Of a DNA stretch of 31,473 nucleotides, positions 1 to 9,206 are shown in pieces. The DNA is taken from positions 1-31,473 of IMG/VR virus record IMGVR_UViG_3300044976_000047. One strand, given 5' to 3'. Position 1 is the stretch's first letter. Each line of letters starts with the position of its first letter. Source of the DNA: a virus. Its lineage: Duplodnaviria; Caudoviricetes. Both the position numbers and the translations under genes were made by a program. The notes under the pieces are model-generated. The model was not told the DNA's origin. It ran no database searches and saw nothing but the letters and a program-made list of their open reading frames with translations.

Positions 1-127
1 GCTGCGTCCAGGCGAGCATGTCGGCGGGTAGGTCAGGGTCCTCGATCCAGGGGTACCCGTCCTCTGTCACGCCCATCTGATCCTCCTGTGTCATCTGCCC
101 GTGACCACCGCTCGGAACTGTCCGGCG
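1..127. repeat. Terminal direct repeat, copy 1 (identical to 31347-31473); probable assembly overlap of a circular contig
   Basis: Exact 127-nt match between the two ends. 127 is a common assembler k-mer, and the repeat spans a tail-gene junction. Confidence 0.95.
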
Positions 128-726
128 CCCACGGCCGTCGCGAACCGCAGGGTCGCCTGGGTGGTGCTGGTGCGTTCCACGTCGCACAGCACCGTGCCCC
201 ACGGCGAGGAGTTGCTGTACACCTCCACCACCACGTCCCGGGTGCCCAGGCTGTGCGTGATCAGGCACGCGGTCCCGGCGGGGACGTCGCCGGCCCAGTG
301 CTTGGCGAGGTTGGTGCCGCCGGTGAACGTGGTCGCGATGCTGGCGTTGGCCGACCCGTCCAGCGCCGCGGAGCCGGTCACGTCGCCGGTGAGGGACAGT
401 GTGCGCGGCGTCGTCCACTTCGGCGCGGACAGCACCGCGACCTGGTCGGCGGTCACCGACAGGTTCGCGTCGCCGGCCGGGGCGGCGGCGCCGCCGACGG
501 CGCCCACGACGACGATCATCGCCCCCTGCCGCTGGACCAGGACGACGTCGCCGGCGGCGGGGGTCGGCCCTCCGAGCCTGGGGGCGGTGACGACGGCGCC
601 GAGCAGGTCGACGGTGGCGTGGGTGGGGGTGGCGCCGACGACGGTGGCCAGCGCCATGGTGGACGTCTGCGCGGCTGCCAGCCGGTCGGCGAGCAGCACG
701 AACGGGTCGCGGTCGGGGGACGTCAT
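91..726 (-). CDS. Minor tail protein
   Basis: Lies in the tail module. Has the fibre-type motif TPRTLSLTGDVTGSAALDGSAN and a C-terminal ITHSLGTRDVVVEV beta domain. ATGA overlap with the upstream gene. Confidence 0.75.
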   Translation of the reverse strand: MTSPDRDPFVLLADRLAAAQTSTMALATVVGATPTHATVDLLGAVVTAPRLGGPTPAAGDVVLVQRQGAMIVVVGAVGGAAAPAGDANLSVTADQVAVLSAPKWTTPRTLSLTGDVTGSAALDGSANASIATTFTGGTNLAKHWAGDVPAGTACLITHSLGTRDVVVEVYSNSSPWGTVLCDVERTSTTQATLRFATAVGAGQFRAVVTGR

Positions 727-1796
727 GCCCTCACCACCCGGGTCTTCGCCTTCAGCCGCCCCGTGCCCAGCGGGACGGTGACGGTGTCTACGCGGTGGTC
801 CTCCGACACGTCCCCCGACACGAGGGTGATCACGTCCCCGGCCTCCAGTCCGGGGTGGGCGACCGCTTCGAATTCGATGCTCCTGGTCAGTCCGATGCTC
901 TCGGCGAGGATGGACGCGGCGGCGGATTCACATTGTGCAACTGTGGAGAGCAGCGGCGATGAGTAGTAGCGGGGCCTGCGCCCGAACGGGCCGTCCCACC
1001 GGGTGGGGGACGCCAGGTCGTAGGCGAATCCCACGGGGGCGCCGGTGTCGGCTGCCTCCCCTGCGGCGCGGACCGCGTTGTAGGTGGTCTCCCGGTCGGC
1101 GCGCATGGACGCGGCGACGAGCACGCCGCCCGCGTCCACGGTCCACACCGGCGCGGCGGACGGGACGTCGAGGCGGAACCCGCCGGTCGTGTCGGCGGAC
1201 AGGACCGCTCCCAGGGAGCGTGCGGCCTCGTGGCAGGCCCCGGCCCGGTCCTCGTCCCACACCGCGGCGGGCATCGCCGAGTCGGCGACGCCGGGACCGG
1301 CGGTGAGCGCCGAGCCGGGGAGGGTCTCGGCGATCAGGGCGCGGATCGCCTGGACGCGGGACGGCCCGGCGGGGATCGCGCGGGGCGACAGGAACCTGTC
1401 GTCGGCCAGCGCCGCGCCGAGGTCCATGCAGTCCACCGTGATCTTCCCTGCGGGGATCTGCGCCTGCGCGGACTGCACCCGCAGCAGGCCCAGCGGGGTC
1501 CAGTGCTCGCGCCCGTCCATCAGCCTCACGGACCGCTGCAGCAGCAGCCGGGCGCCGCGGGCGACCATGTCCTCAGCGAGCTGGCGGAGCTGCCCGGTGG
1601 TGGTGGTCCAGCCGACCGCGAGGGACAGGGTGCCGCGGCGGCGGACCATCGCCCCCCAGTCCTGGTCCACCGACCCGTCGGTGGCCAGCACCTCCCGGTC
1701 CGGCTGGTGCCCGTCGGGCCAGATCAGGGTGACGGACGTCCCCGCCCAGTGGCTGTAGGAGAGTCCGGCCTCGAAGTCGGGTGGCAGCGGGATCAC
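723..1796 (-). CDS. Minor tail / baseplate hub-like protein (DUF5047-like)
   Basis: Likely start is GTG at 1796 (GTGA overlap). Motifs YNAVRAAGE, WDGPFGRRPRYYSSPLL and HPGLEAGDVI are typical of actinophage minor tail proteins. Confidence 0.8.
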   Translation of the reverse strand: MIPLPPDFEAGLSYSHWAGTSVTLIWPDGHQPDREVLATDGSVDQDWGAMVRRRGTLSLAVGWTTTTGQLRQLAEDMVARGARLLLQRSVRLMDGREHWTPLGLLRVQSAQAQIPAGKITVDCMDLGAALADDRFLSPRAIPAGPSRVQAIRALIAETLPGSALTAGPGVADSAMPAAVWDEDRAGACHEAARSLGAVLSADTTGGFRLDVPSAAPVWTVDAGGVLVAASMRADRETTYNAVRAAGEAADTGAPVGFAYDLASPTRWDGPFGRRPRYYSSPLLSTVAQCESAAASILAESIGLTRSIEFEAVAHPGLEAGDVITLVSGDVSEDHRVDTVTVPLGTGRLKAKTRVVRA

Positions 1797-2605
1797 AGGT
1801 ACCCCCCGGTCTTCTGCGGCTGCTTCCTGCCGGAAGGGGGCGGGGCGCCGTCCTTCCCGAACAGGACGTCCAGCCAGGTCATGTCCCGCCAGGTGCGCCA
1901 GGTGTGCCCGGCGTCGATGTGGTCGCGCCACGTCCACGCGCCCCGGTAGCCGACGGCCACGTCGGGCCGGTCCACCTCCAGGACGTCGATCGCGAACCTT
2001 CTGGCCTGCTCGGTGGCGGCGCCGATCCGGCGGTGCGTGTAGGTGCCGAGACGGACGTACATGCCTTCCCCCCAGCCGTTCGCGGGGGGCCCGCCGAGGA
2101 GGGCGAGCACGGATTCCCGCAGGAACCCGTGCAGCCAGCCCGCCTCCTCCTGCGTCCAGGTGACCAGGTTCAGGGTGCCGGCGTCGGATAGGCGGGCGTC
2201 GATGACGACGACTGGCGCGGACCCGCCCAGCGGGCGGTGCTCCTCCGCGGCGAGGCCGCGCTCCAGCTCGTCGAACGCCTCGATGCTGACCGGTCGGGAC
2301 AGCGCGGGCATGGCGACGGAGCGCAGCCAGTCCCGGCCGCCGGAGGGCAGGGCTGCGGTGGCGGTGCCGCTGGTCTCGGTCGGCGTGGTCGCCCAGTACT
2401 CGCACACCAGGTCGAACGGGGCCTCGTAGTCGACGCCGTCCCACAGGGTGGCGGTGTCCACCAGCATGAGGGCGCGGACCTCCCGGCCGCCGGCGGCGGC
2501 CGGGGAGCGGCGCCACACCTGCAGCCCCGCGAGGTCGGTGCCGGTGACGACGACGCGGATGCCGCCGGGGACCTGCCCGGCGCCCGCGCTGATGGTCAGG
2601 GCCAT
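1793..2605 (-). CDS. Minor tail protein (distal tail position)
   Basis: ATG at 2605 overlaps the TMP stop (TGATG). DYEAPF motif; directly follows the tape measure gene. Confidence 0.75.
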   Translation of the reverse strand: MALTISAGAGQVPGGIRVVVTGTDLAGLQVWRRSPAAAGGREVRALMLVDTATLWDGVDYEAPFDLVCEYWATTPTETSGTATAALPSGGRDWLRSVAMPALSRPVSIEAFDELERGLAAEEHRPLGGSAPVVVIDARLSDAGTLNLVTWTQEEAGWLHGFLRESVLALLGGPPANGWGEGMYVRLGTYTHRRIGAATEQARRFAIDVLEVDRPDVAVGYRGAWTWRDHIDAGHTWRTWRDMTWLDVLFGKDGAPPPSGRKQPQKTGGYL

Positions 2606-4515
2606 CAAGGCCTCCGTCCCGCTGCGAGGAGCCGGGCGCTGCCGGAGTTCGACTCCACGACCTGGGTGCGGACGATGTCGGTCAGTTCGGTGTCGCCGAT
2701 GAACACCCGCACCGTGATGTCCCCCGCGCCGTTCCCGCGACGGTAGGAGTCCAGGGGGACGACTGCCTCGGGCCCGGCCTCCCCGATCAGGGCGAGGGTG
2801 GGGCGGGTGACGAACGCGCCGTCGGCGAGCTTGGGGATGGTGGGCAGGGTCGGCACCGAGACCCCGGGGACCTTGTTGACGGCGCCGATCATCCCGTTGA
2901 ACCCGTTGATGGCGGTGTTCAGCAGCCCGATGCCGGTGTTGATGACGCCCTTCAGCCCGCCCCAGATGCCCTGTGCGATCCCGGCGATGCTGTCCACGGC
3001 CCGGCGGACGATCCCGGTGATGGAGTCCCAGATGCCGGCGACCTTGCTCTTGATCGACTCGAACACGCCGACGACGAAGTCCTTCACGGCGGTGAATTTC
3101 GGCATGATCCAGTCGGCGACGGTCTGCACGACCTGCTTCACGCCGCCCCACAGCCCCTCCCAGAGGGGCTTCACGAACCCGGCGATCTGCTCGAACACCC
3201 ACCTGATCCCGGCCCACGCGAGCTGGAAGACCGCGGAGACGACGGTCCACCAGATGCGCACGGGGAGGGTGAGGACCGACCAGAGGGTGTCCCACAGCGG
3301 GCGGATGAACGCCATGACGGCGGTGAACGCGCCGGTGATCGCCGACCAGATGCCCTGGAACACCTTCTTGGTCCAGTCCCACGCCTTCGCCAGGGCGGCT
3401 TTGATCTCGTCCCAGAAGTACCAGACGACCGCGACGACGGCGATGACGGCGGCGATGACCAGGGCGATCGGCGCGAACGCGACGATCCACGCCCAGGCGA
3501 CCATGATGGCGGAGGCGATCGCGGCGGCGGCCATCATGATCCAGCCGGCGGCGATGGAGGCCATGGTGGTGACGATGATGATGCCGGTGGCCACGAGCAT
3601 CGGTAGGAAGAACGCCAGGATGACCCCGCCGACGATCATCAGCGGCACCCGCCACCGGTAGATCATGTCGGCGAACCCCTGGATGCCGGGGATCAGGGTG
3701 CCGGTGACGAAGCCCAGGAGCGCGGTCAGCGGCGGCAGGGCGATCGTGAAGATCGCACCGAGGCCCTGCCCGAGGGTGTCCTTCAACGTGGACCACTGCC
3801 CGGACATCGTCTTGGACGCGTCCTCCATCCCGCCCTTCATCGCCCCCAGCGCGTCCCCGGAGGACGATTCGAGAGCCTGGAACATCTGGTCGGCGGGGAC
3901 GACGCCCTTGGAGACGAGGTCCATCGCCTCTTCGGTGGTGACGCCCATCGATGCCGCGAGGGCGTCCCACGCGGGGACACCGGCCTCGGTGAGCTGCATC
4001 ATCTCCTCGCCGGTCACCTTCCCCTTCTGCGCCATCTGCGTCAGCGCGGTGGTGGCCCGGTCGATGCCGTCCGCGCCGGTGCCCATGATCGAGGTCGCGT
4101 CGCCGAGGGTGGTCATGATCGGGATGACGCGGTTCGCCTCCACCCCGACGGCGAGGAACCGGGACCCGGCGTCCTGCAGCCCGGGGAAGTCGAACGGGGT
4201 CTTGGCGGCGAAGTCCTTCAGGTCGGTGATGAACGCCTTCGCCGCGCCGGCGGACCCCAGGAGCTGGGTGAACTTGATGTCGGCGAGCTCGGAGTCCATC
4301 GCGGTCTGCATCCCGGTGCCGACGAGCTTCCCGATCCCGAGGCCGATGCCGAGGCCGCCGACGGTGCGCAGCAGGCCGGAGCCGAACCTCTTCCCCGCGC
4401 TCTTCCCGGCGTCGTCGCCGACGCCGCCGGCCTCCGCGGTGACCTGCTTGTTCAGTTCCCGCCCGAAGCCCTTCGCCGAAGGCAGGATCGATACGTATGC
4501 GACGCCTGCTTCCAT
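2605..4515 (-). CDS. Tape measure protein, 636 aa
   Basis: N-terminal AYVSILPS, tape-measure core (FAAKTPFDF...GVPAWDALA), Trp-periodic repeats and C-terminal LADGAFVTRPTLALIGEAGPEAVVPL. Confidence 0.95.
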   Translation of the reverse strand: MEAGVAYVSILPSAKGFGRELNKQVTAEAGGVGDDAGKSAGKRFGSGLLRTVGGLGIGLGIGKLVGTGMQTAMDSELADIKFTQLLGSAGAAKAFITDLKDFAAKTPFDFPGLQDAGSRFLAVGVEANRVIPIMTTLGDATSIMGTGADGIDRATTALTQMAQKGKVTGEEMMQLTEAGVPAWDALAASMGVTTEEAMDLVSKGVVPADQMFQALESSSGDALGAMKGGMEDASKTMSGQWSTLKDTLGQGLGAIFTIALPPLTALLGFVTGTLIPGIQGFADMIYRWRVPLMIVGGVILAFFLPMLVATGIIIVTTMASIAAGWIMMAAAAIASAIMVAWAWIVAFAPIALVIAAVIAVVAVVWYFWDEIKAALAKAWDWTKKVFQGIWSAITGAFTAVMAFIRPLWDTLWSVLTLPVRIWWTVVSAVFQLAWAGIRWVFEQIAGFVKPLWEGLWGGVKQVVQTVADWIMPKFTAVKDFVVGVFESIKSKVAGIWDSITGIVRRAVDSIAGIAQGIWGGLKGVINTGIGLLNTAINGFNGMIGAVNKVPGVSVPTLPTIPKLADGAFVTRPTLALIGEAGPEAVVPLDSYRRGNGAGDITVRVFIGDTELTDIVRTQVVESNSGSARLLAAGRRP

Positions 4516-4518
4516 GGT

Positions 4519-4980
4519 TCACCCCGCCTTTCCGGCCATCGCGCGGGCCGCTTCGCCGGGGGTGAGCCGACGCGGCTTCGGCGCGTCCGGCTGCTGCCCG
4601 GGCCGGGGCAGCCGCGGGTACGGCCCGGGGCGTTTCGGCTTCTTGCCGCCCTTCTTCGTGTTCGCGGTGCCCCACTGCCAGCGGAACGCGGCGAGCTCGT
4701 CGGCGACCATCGCGGCGTTGTCGGCGGCCTGCGCGGTCAGGTAGTCCCCGGCGCTCCAGGCGCTGCGCGGGTCCAGTGCGCGGGCGAGCCTGGACCCCTG
4801 CGGGAGCCGCCCGATCAGCACGATGAGGCGCCGCCACGTCAGCGCGCCGGTGAACAGCCCCACCAGTTCCACTCGGTACACCTCCTGCAGGTCGGCCTCT
4901 ATGTCGTCGGTGTTGTCCTCGATCAGCCGCCAGGCGCCGAGGACTTCCGCGAGGGAGGGCGGCGCGAGCTCAGCCCCCCC
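4519..4980 (-). CDS. Tail assembly chaperone, C-terminal (-1 frame) portion
   Basis: Open -1 frame containing IEADLQEVY...LTWRRLIVLIGRLPQGSRL, entered through a G GGG GGG heptamer at 4980-4974. Confidence 0.75.
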   Translation of the reverse strand, partial: GGAELAPPSLAEVLGAWRLIEDNTDDIEADLQEVYRVELVGLFTGALTWRRLIVLIGRLPQGSRLARALDPRSAWSAGDYLTAQAADNAAMVADELAAFRWQWGTANTKKGGKKPKRPGPYPRLPRPGQQPDAPKPRRLTPGEAARAMAGKAG

Positions 4981-5255
4981 GGTTCGGGGACGGCGGTGGA
5001 GAGCCGCTGCAGGTCGTCCAGCACCATGCCCGCGTCGGTCAGGGCCTCCGCGAGGTCCGCGCCGAGCAGCGCGACCAGGGCGCCGTACAGGTCGCCCTGG
5101 CCTTGCAGCTTGAACACCTGCATCGGCCACAGCGCGCTCGGCGGGACCCGGAAGGCTATGCCGCGGCAGATGACCTCGTAGCCCTGCGCGAACGCCTGCC
5201 CCTCTTCGGTGGCCAGCGCCTCCTCGCGGAGGGCGTCGATGTCGATGACGGCCAT
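4923..5255 (-). CDS. Tail assembly chaperone (short form)
   Basis: Between the major tail and TMP genes; overlaps the downstream -1 frame ORF. Confidence 0.8.
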   Translation of the reverse strand: MAVIDIDALREEALATEEGQAFAQGYEVICRGIAFRVPPSALWPMQVFKLQGQGDLYGALVALLGADLAEALTDAGMVLDDLQRLSTAVPEPGGLSSRRPPSRKSSAPGG

Positions 5256-5816
5256 CTACGCCACCACGATCGCGGGGTCGTCGGAGCGCAGGTCCCACCA
5301 GTCGACGGCGGTCGCGGCGAGGATCTTCACCGTCATCCCCAGCAGCGACGGCTCCCCGGTCTTGTGGACGATCTCCTCGAACCCGGTGATGGACACCTTC
5401 GCCAGGACGTACCGGTAGGTGCGGCCGCCGTCGGTGTTGTCGATGATGAGGGCGTGGTCGAAGGACCGGGCGACGGGGACCTTCATCGTCTTCACGCTGC
5501 TGATGGCGTCCTCGGTCCAGATGCCGCCGAAGCGGAGCGCCAGGGTGTCGGCGTTCCACTGGGCGAGGGAGAACTTCGCCTCCGTGGTCTGCCCGGTGAC
5601 GATGCTGCGGGCCACGATGGTGGTGGGCCACACCTTGATGTCCTCGGACTCGGTGTCCTCCGAGAGGGAGTGGCCGTCCTCGGACAGGTAGCCGAGGTCC
5701 GTCCATCCGGCGGCGGGGGCCTCCAGCCCGTCGGGGACGACGGTGCCGCGGGGGGCCTGCCACACCCTCCCGCCGGTGATCCCGGCGATGAACAGTTCAC
5801 TGGCGTCCTGAGCCAT
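5256..5816 (-). CDS. Major tail (tube) protein
   Basis: Motifs WTDLGYLSEDG and IKVW. RBS AAGGAG precedes ATG 5816. Confidence 0.9.
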   Translation of the reverse strand: MAQDASELFIAGITGGRVWQAPRGTVVPDGLEAPAAGWTDLGYLSEDGHSLSEDTESEDIKVWPTTIVARSIVTGQTTEAKFSLAQWNADTLALRFGGIWTEDAISSVKTMKVPVARSFDHALIIDNTDGGRTYRYVLAKVSITGFEEIVHKTGEPSLLGMTVKILAATAVDWWDLRSDDPAIVVA

Positions 5817-5817
5817 G

Positions 5818-6213
5818 TCAGGGCTCCTTCCTGGGGTGGGTCTTGATCTGCCACATCTGCTGGTAGCGGCCACGGCCGTCGGGGTCGGGCATCCAGCCGG
5901 GGCCGCGCATCTCGCTGCACGAGGGGACGACGGCGCCCACGGGTGGGGGTGATTCGGGGAGGGCTGCGATGACGGCGCGGGCGTCGGCGGCGAGCTGGGC
6001 TGCGGACTGCCGGTCCCCGGCGCGGGCCTCGATCAGCACCTCCGCCTCGTCCAACCAGGCGTAGCGGAGCTTCCCTCCGGTGCGGCGGACCAGCAGGTGC
6101 TTCTGCCCGGCCTGCCAGCCGACCAGGGTGGTGCCGACGTCGACCAGCGGCATCGCGGCCTTCAGCGCGTCGCAGACGAGCCGTTCCACGTCGACCATCA
6201 CCCGGGCGCTCAT
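5818..6213 (-). CDS. Tail terminator
   Basis: Motifs DVERLV, VRRTGG and PDPDGRGRY; sits just before the major tail gene. Confidence 0.8.
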   Translation of the reverse strand: MSARVMVDVERLVCDALKAAMPLVDVGTTLVGWQAGQKHLLVRRTGGKLRYAWLDEAEVLIEARAGDRQSAAQLAADARAVIAALPESPPPVGAVVPSCSEMRGPGWMPDPDGRGRYQQMWQIKTHPRKEP

Positions 6214-6485
6214 GCGGACCCCAGGGCGCGGCGCAGGTTGCCGGTGCGGCGTTCGATGAGGTTCCCTGCCGGGTCGCCGGACCACACGTGCGCCACGACG
6301 CGAGACCTGTGCTCCTCGACGTCCAGGCGCAGGCTGGACTGGTAGTCCCCGCTCTTCACGGGTGCCCCGGACTGGGCGGCGGACAGCACCCGCTGCCCGG
6401 CATCGCGGACCGCGGCCTCCACGCCGGGGGAGCGCAGCAGCTCCCCGACGAACGAGAGGTCGGCGACGAACCTGACGCCGCTCAT
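6210..6485 (-). CDS. Neck/tail completion protein (HK97 gp10-like)
   Basis: Motif APVKSGDYQSSL...IERRTGNLRRALG; synteny. Confidence 0.75.
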   Translation of the reverse strand: MSGVRFVADLSFVGELLRSPGVEAAVRDAGQRVLSAAQSGAPVKSGDYQSSLRLDVEEHRSRVVAHVWSGDPAGNLIERRTGNLRRALGSA

Positions 6486-6808
6486 CCGACCACCTCCCTG
6501 GCCCGGGCCTCCACGTGGTGGGCGGCGCTGTAGGCGTCCACCGAGGCGGGGGGGCCGGCGAGTTCGAGGGTGCGGCCCGCCCATTCGAGCCGGTCGGAGC
6601 CGTTGACGTCCGCGCCGGGGGGCAGGAACACCACGAACGTCGCGGTCTGCTGGTCCCGGTCCAGGGTGTCCTCCTGCTGGCTGGACTGCTGCACCCTGGC
6701 GGGCAGATCGAGCCGGGCCGCGTTCGGCCAGTCGGGGACGACGTTGCCGTACCCGTCCGCGGCCAACGGCGCCCGCAACCGGGTGACGGTGGTGTTCAGC
6801 AGGTTCAT
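6482..6808 (-). CDS. Head-to-tail stopper
   Basis: Motifs DGYGNVVPDW and DRLEWAGRTLEL...HHVEA; synteny. Confidence 0.8.
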   Translation of the reverse strand: MNLLNTTVTRLRAPLAADGYGNVVPDWPNAARLDLPARVQQSSQQEDTLDRDQQTATFVVFLPPGADVNGSDRLEWAGRTLELAGPPASVDAYSAAHHVEARAREVVG

Positions 6809-7275
6809 CGGGGGCCCTCCGCCAAGGCAGCGTCCGCGCGGTGTCCGACGGCGAGGCACTCCTCGTCGGGGCCGTAGCCGCAGCGGCAGTAGCCGGAGGC
6901 GTCGGACCCGTTGGACAGCGGCACCGACCGGACGGGCCCGGCGCCGTAGGGCAGCATCACCAGGGCCTCGTCGTCGGTGAGCGCGGTGGAGCCCATCGAC
7001 CCGGAGCGGCGGTAGGAGTAGGCGCCGACGGTCTCGGACACGAACCCGCCGGTGGCGGGGTCCGCGCCGAGGTAGCGGACGGTCACCTCGGTCGCGACAG
7101 TGTTCACGTCCGCCGGGACGGGGGTGCCGGGGATCAGCGGGTACCGGGCGCGCAGCACCGCCGTGGTGTACGCGCACGCCGCCTCGGTGCGGGCGTGGTC
7201 GGGCGTGCCCGGCTCGATGGTGGTTCCGAGCCGGGCCGCCACGTCGTCCACGCCGCACAGCGGATCCCCGGCCAT
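6805..7275 (-). CDS. Head-to-tail adaptor
   Basis: Motifs DDVAARLG and SETVGAYSY; follows the capsid gene. Confidence 0.8.
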   Translation of the reverse strand: MAGDPLCGVDDVAARLGTTIEPGTPDHARTEAACAYTTAVLRARYPLIPGTPVPADVNTVATEVTVRYLGADPATGGFVSETVGAYSYRRSGSMGSTALTDDEALVMLPYGAGPVRSVPLSNGSDASGYCRCGYGPDEECLAVGHRADAALAEGPR

Positions 7276-7278
7276 CGG

Positions 7279-8472
7279 TCAGCCGGCCTTCCGCGCATTC
7301 CTCGGCCCGGCCGCCTCGTCCTGCCCGGCCGCCTCGGCCGCCTGGAGCGCGGTGGCTGTCACGGTCAGCGGCTGCTTCTGCGACTCGAACGCGCCGGTGC
7401 GCACCGCCATCTGCTTCACGCCGGGGGCGCCGCCGGTGTAGGTGGCGGCGGTCATCACGGTCGGGGAGGTGTTCACAGCGGCGGGGCTGATCGGGGAGCC
7501 GTCCTGCAGCACGATGCTGGACGGGCCGAACCCTGTGCCGGTGAACGCCACCGATGTGGGGGTCGCGGTGACGACGCTGTTCGGGGCGACGGCGGCGAGG
7601 GTGACCGGGTTGGGCTCGTCGAACTGCACGAAGTGGATGGCGGGGTCCTTGGCGACGAAGCCGTAGGACGCCTCCAGCAGGATGCCGATCTGGTTGGTCT
7701 GCCACAGCGGCACCAGGTCGGCGCCGACGCGGACGGTGGCCTGGTCGCTGCGCTTCATCGTCAGGTCCATGCCGACGCCGTAGGCGCACTGCCGCCAGTC
7801 GCCGCCGAACCCGGCGGCGGTGGGGTCGCCCTTGTGGATCGCGGTGCCGTACAGGGCGCGGGAGCCGCCGATGGTGGAGGTGTCGGCCATCAGCGCCCGG
7901 CCCAGGGCGTCGCGCTGGTTGGCCAGCCGCGCCCGCATGGTGCGGTCCAGGGCGTAGCCGGTCCAGTCGGGGGTCAGCCCCTGGGCGCCGACGAGGTCGC
8001 CCTCCAGCCCGCCCTCCTCCTGTGTGGACGTGCCGAGCATGACGACCTGCGTGGTCTGTCCGATGAACGTGTCGAACGGGCCGGCGCCCGCGCCGACGGT
8101 GCGCTTGCCGAACAGGGATGCGATGTCGAACGCCCGGGCGAGGGCCTCGCCGGCCTTCTCCTGGATCAGGTCGAACAGGCCGGCGGGGTCCGCGTTCGCG
8201 AATTCCTCGCTGGCCAGGATGATGACCGCGATCTTCTTCGGCTCCATGATCAGGGTCGCGGCGCCTGCGTCGGCGACGTGCTTCTCGCCGCCCTCGGTGA
8301 CCCAGTCGGCTTCGACGTCGCCGACGGTGACCGGGATCGCGGAGCCGGTGAGGGTGGACGGCGCCCGCTGGGCGAGCTGCATGACGAGGCTGGCCTCGGT
8401 GGCCTTCTCGAAGATCGGGCCGCTGACGGCCTTCGGGACCGCCTGGGAGACGCTGCTGAGAGTGAGGGCCAT
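7279..8472 (-). CDS. Major capsid protein (HK97 fold) with C-terminal Ig-like extension
   Basis: Motifs ADWVTEGGEK, PKKIAVIILASEE and LWQTNQIGILLE, plus ~100 extra residues with an IPT-like TGTGF motif. Confidence 0.92.
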   Translation of the reverse strand: MALTLSSVSQAVPKAVSGPIFEKATEASLVMQLAQRAPSTLTGSAIPVTVGDVEADWVTEGGEKHVADAGAATLIMEPKKIAVIILASEEFANADPAGLFDLIQEKAGEALARAFDIASLFGKRTVGAGAGPFDTFIGQTTQVVMLGTSTQEEGGLEGDLVGAQGLTPDWTGYALDRTMRARLANQRDALGRALMADTSTIGGSRALYGTAIHKGDPTAAGFGGDWRQCAYGVGMDLTMKRSDQATVRVGADLVPLWQTNQIGILLEASYGFVAKDPAIHFVQFDEPNPVTLAAVAPNSVVTATPTSVAFTGTGFGPSSIVLQDGSPISPAAVNTSPTVMTAATYTGGAPGVKQMAVRTGAFESQKQPLTVTATALQAAEAAGQDEAAGPRNARKAG

Positions 8473-8486
8473 GACGGCCGCCTTTC

Positions 8487-9020
8487 CTATGTCGGGTCGG
8501 ACGCCTTCGTCATCATCGACGCGAACACGTCCCTGCCTGTGCCGCCCTGGTCCGCCCGGCCCGCTCCGGCGACTGCGCCTGCCGGCGGTGTCGTCTTGGG
8601 TTTGGGCTGCTGGGTCGGGATGGTCTGCAGCAGTGCATCGGCGTCGGCGTCGAGCTCCTCGCGGGTGGACCCCTGCAGCCGCTGCGCCAGCGGGGCCGGG
8701 ATGCCCTTGGCGGAGGCGACCTCCGCCCGGAGCACCCGCAGCTCAGCCGCGGCTGCGCGCTGCTCGGCGGCCGCTGCGCGGTCGGCGAGCTTCTGCTGCT
8801 CGGTCTTCTGCGACTCCTCGAGCGCGGCCAGCTTCTGGGCGGCCTCGACGTTGGACTTGGCCTGCCGCTCCCACTTGCGGGACTCGGCCTTCCAGTCCGT
8901 GGTGTCGGCCGTGCCGTCGTCTGCGGCGCCGGGGTTCTGCTGATTTCCTTCGGGGAGCCGTGCGGCTCGACCTTCCGGGTCGTTCTGATCGTCGGCCGTG
9001 CGGCCTCCGTCGTCGGCCAT
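8487..9020 (-). CDS. Capsid scaffolding protein
   Basis: WKAESRKWERQAKSN, coiled coil, LQGSTREELDADA. RBS GGAAGGAG precedes ATG 9020. Confidence 0.88.
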   Translation of the reverse strand: MADDGGRTADDQNDPEGRAARLPEGNQQNPGAADDGTADTTDWKAESRKWERQAKSNVEAAQKLAALEESQKTEQQKLADRAAAAEQRAAAAELRVLRAEVASAKGIPAPLAQRLQGSTREELDADADALLQTIPTQQPKPKTTPPAGAVAGAGRADQGGTGRDVFASMMTKASDPT

Positions 9021-9193
9021 GCGGCCGGCTCCTTCCATCCTGCACCCCTGCGGGCGCGGACGCCCGAGCAAGGAGCGGCAACCAAATGGGGGTGCGGGAC
9101 GCGGGGTGCGGGGCCGTTGGCCGCGCTGCCCGGGGACGGCACAACCATCATGCCGCCGCAGCGCACGGCAAGCGCGGCGGCGGACCGGGGCCG

Positions 9194-9199
9194 TACCTT
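9194..9199 (+). promoter_or_regulatory. Candidate -10 (TACCTT) for a leaderless portal transcript
   Basis: TANNNT hexamer 7 nt before ATG 9207; no Shine-Dalgarno visible. Confidence 0.5.
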
Positions 9200-9206
9200 C
9201 GTGGCT

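Noticed and set aside
1-127. Biological direct terminal repeat
   Set aside because: The length equals a common assembler k-mer and it falls within tail genes. HNH plus the cos-like region suggest cohesive ends elsewhere.
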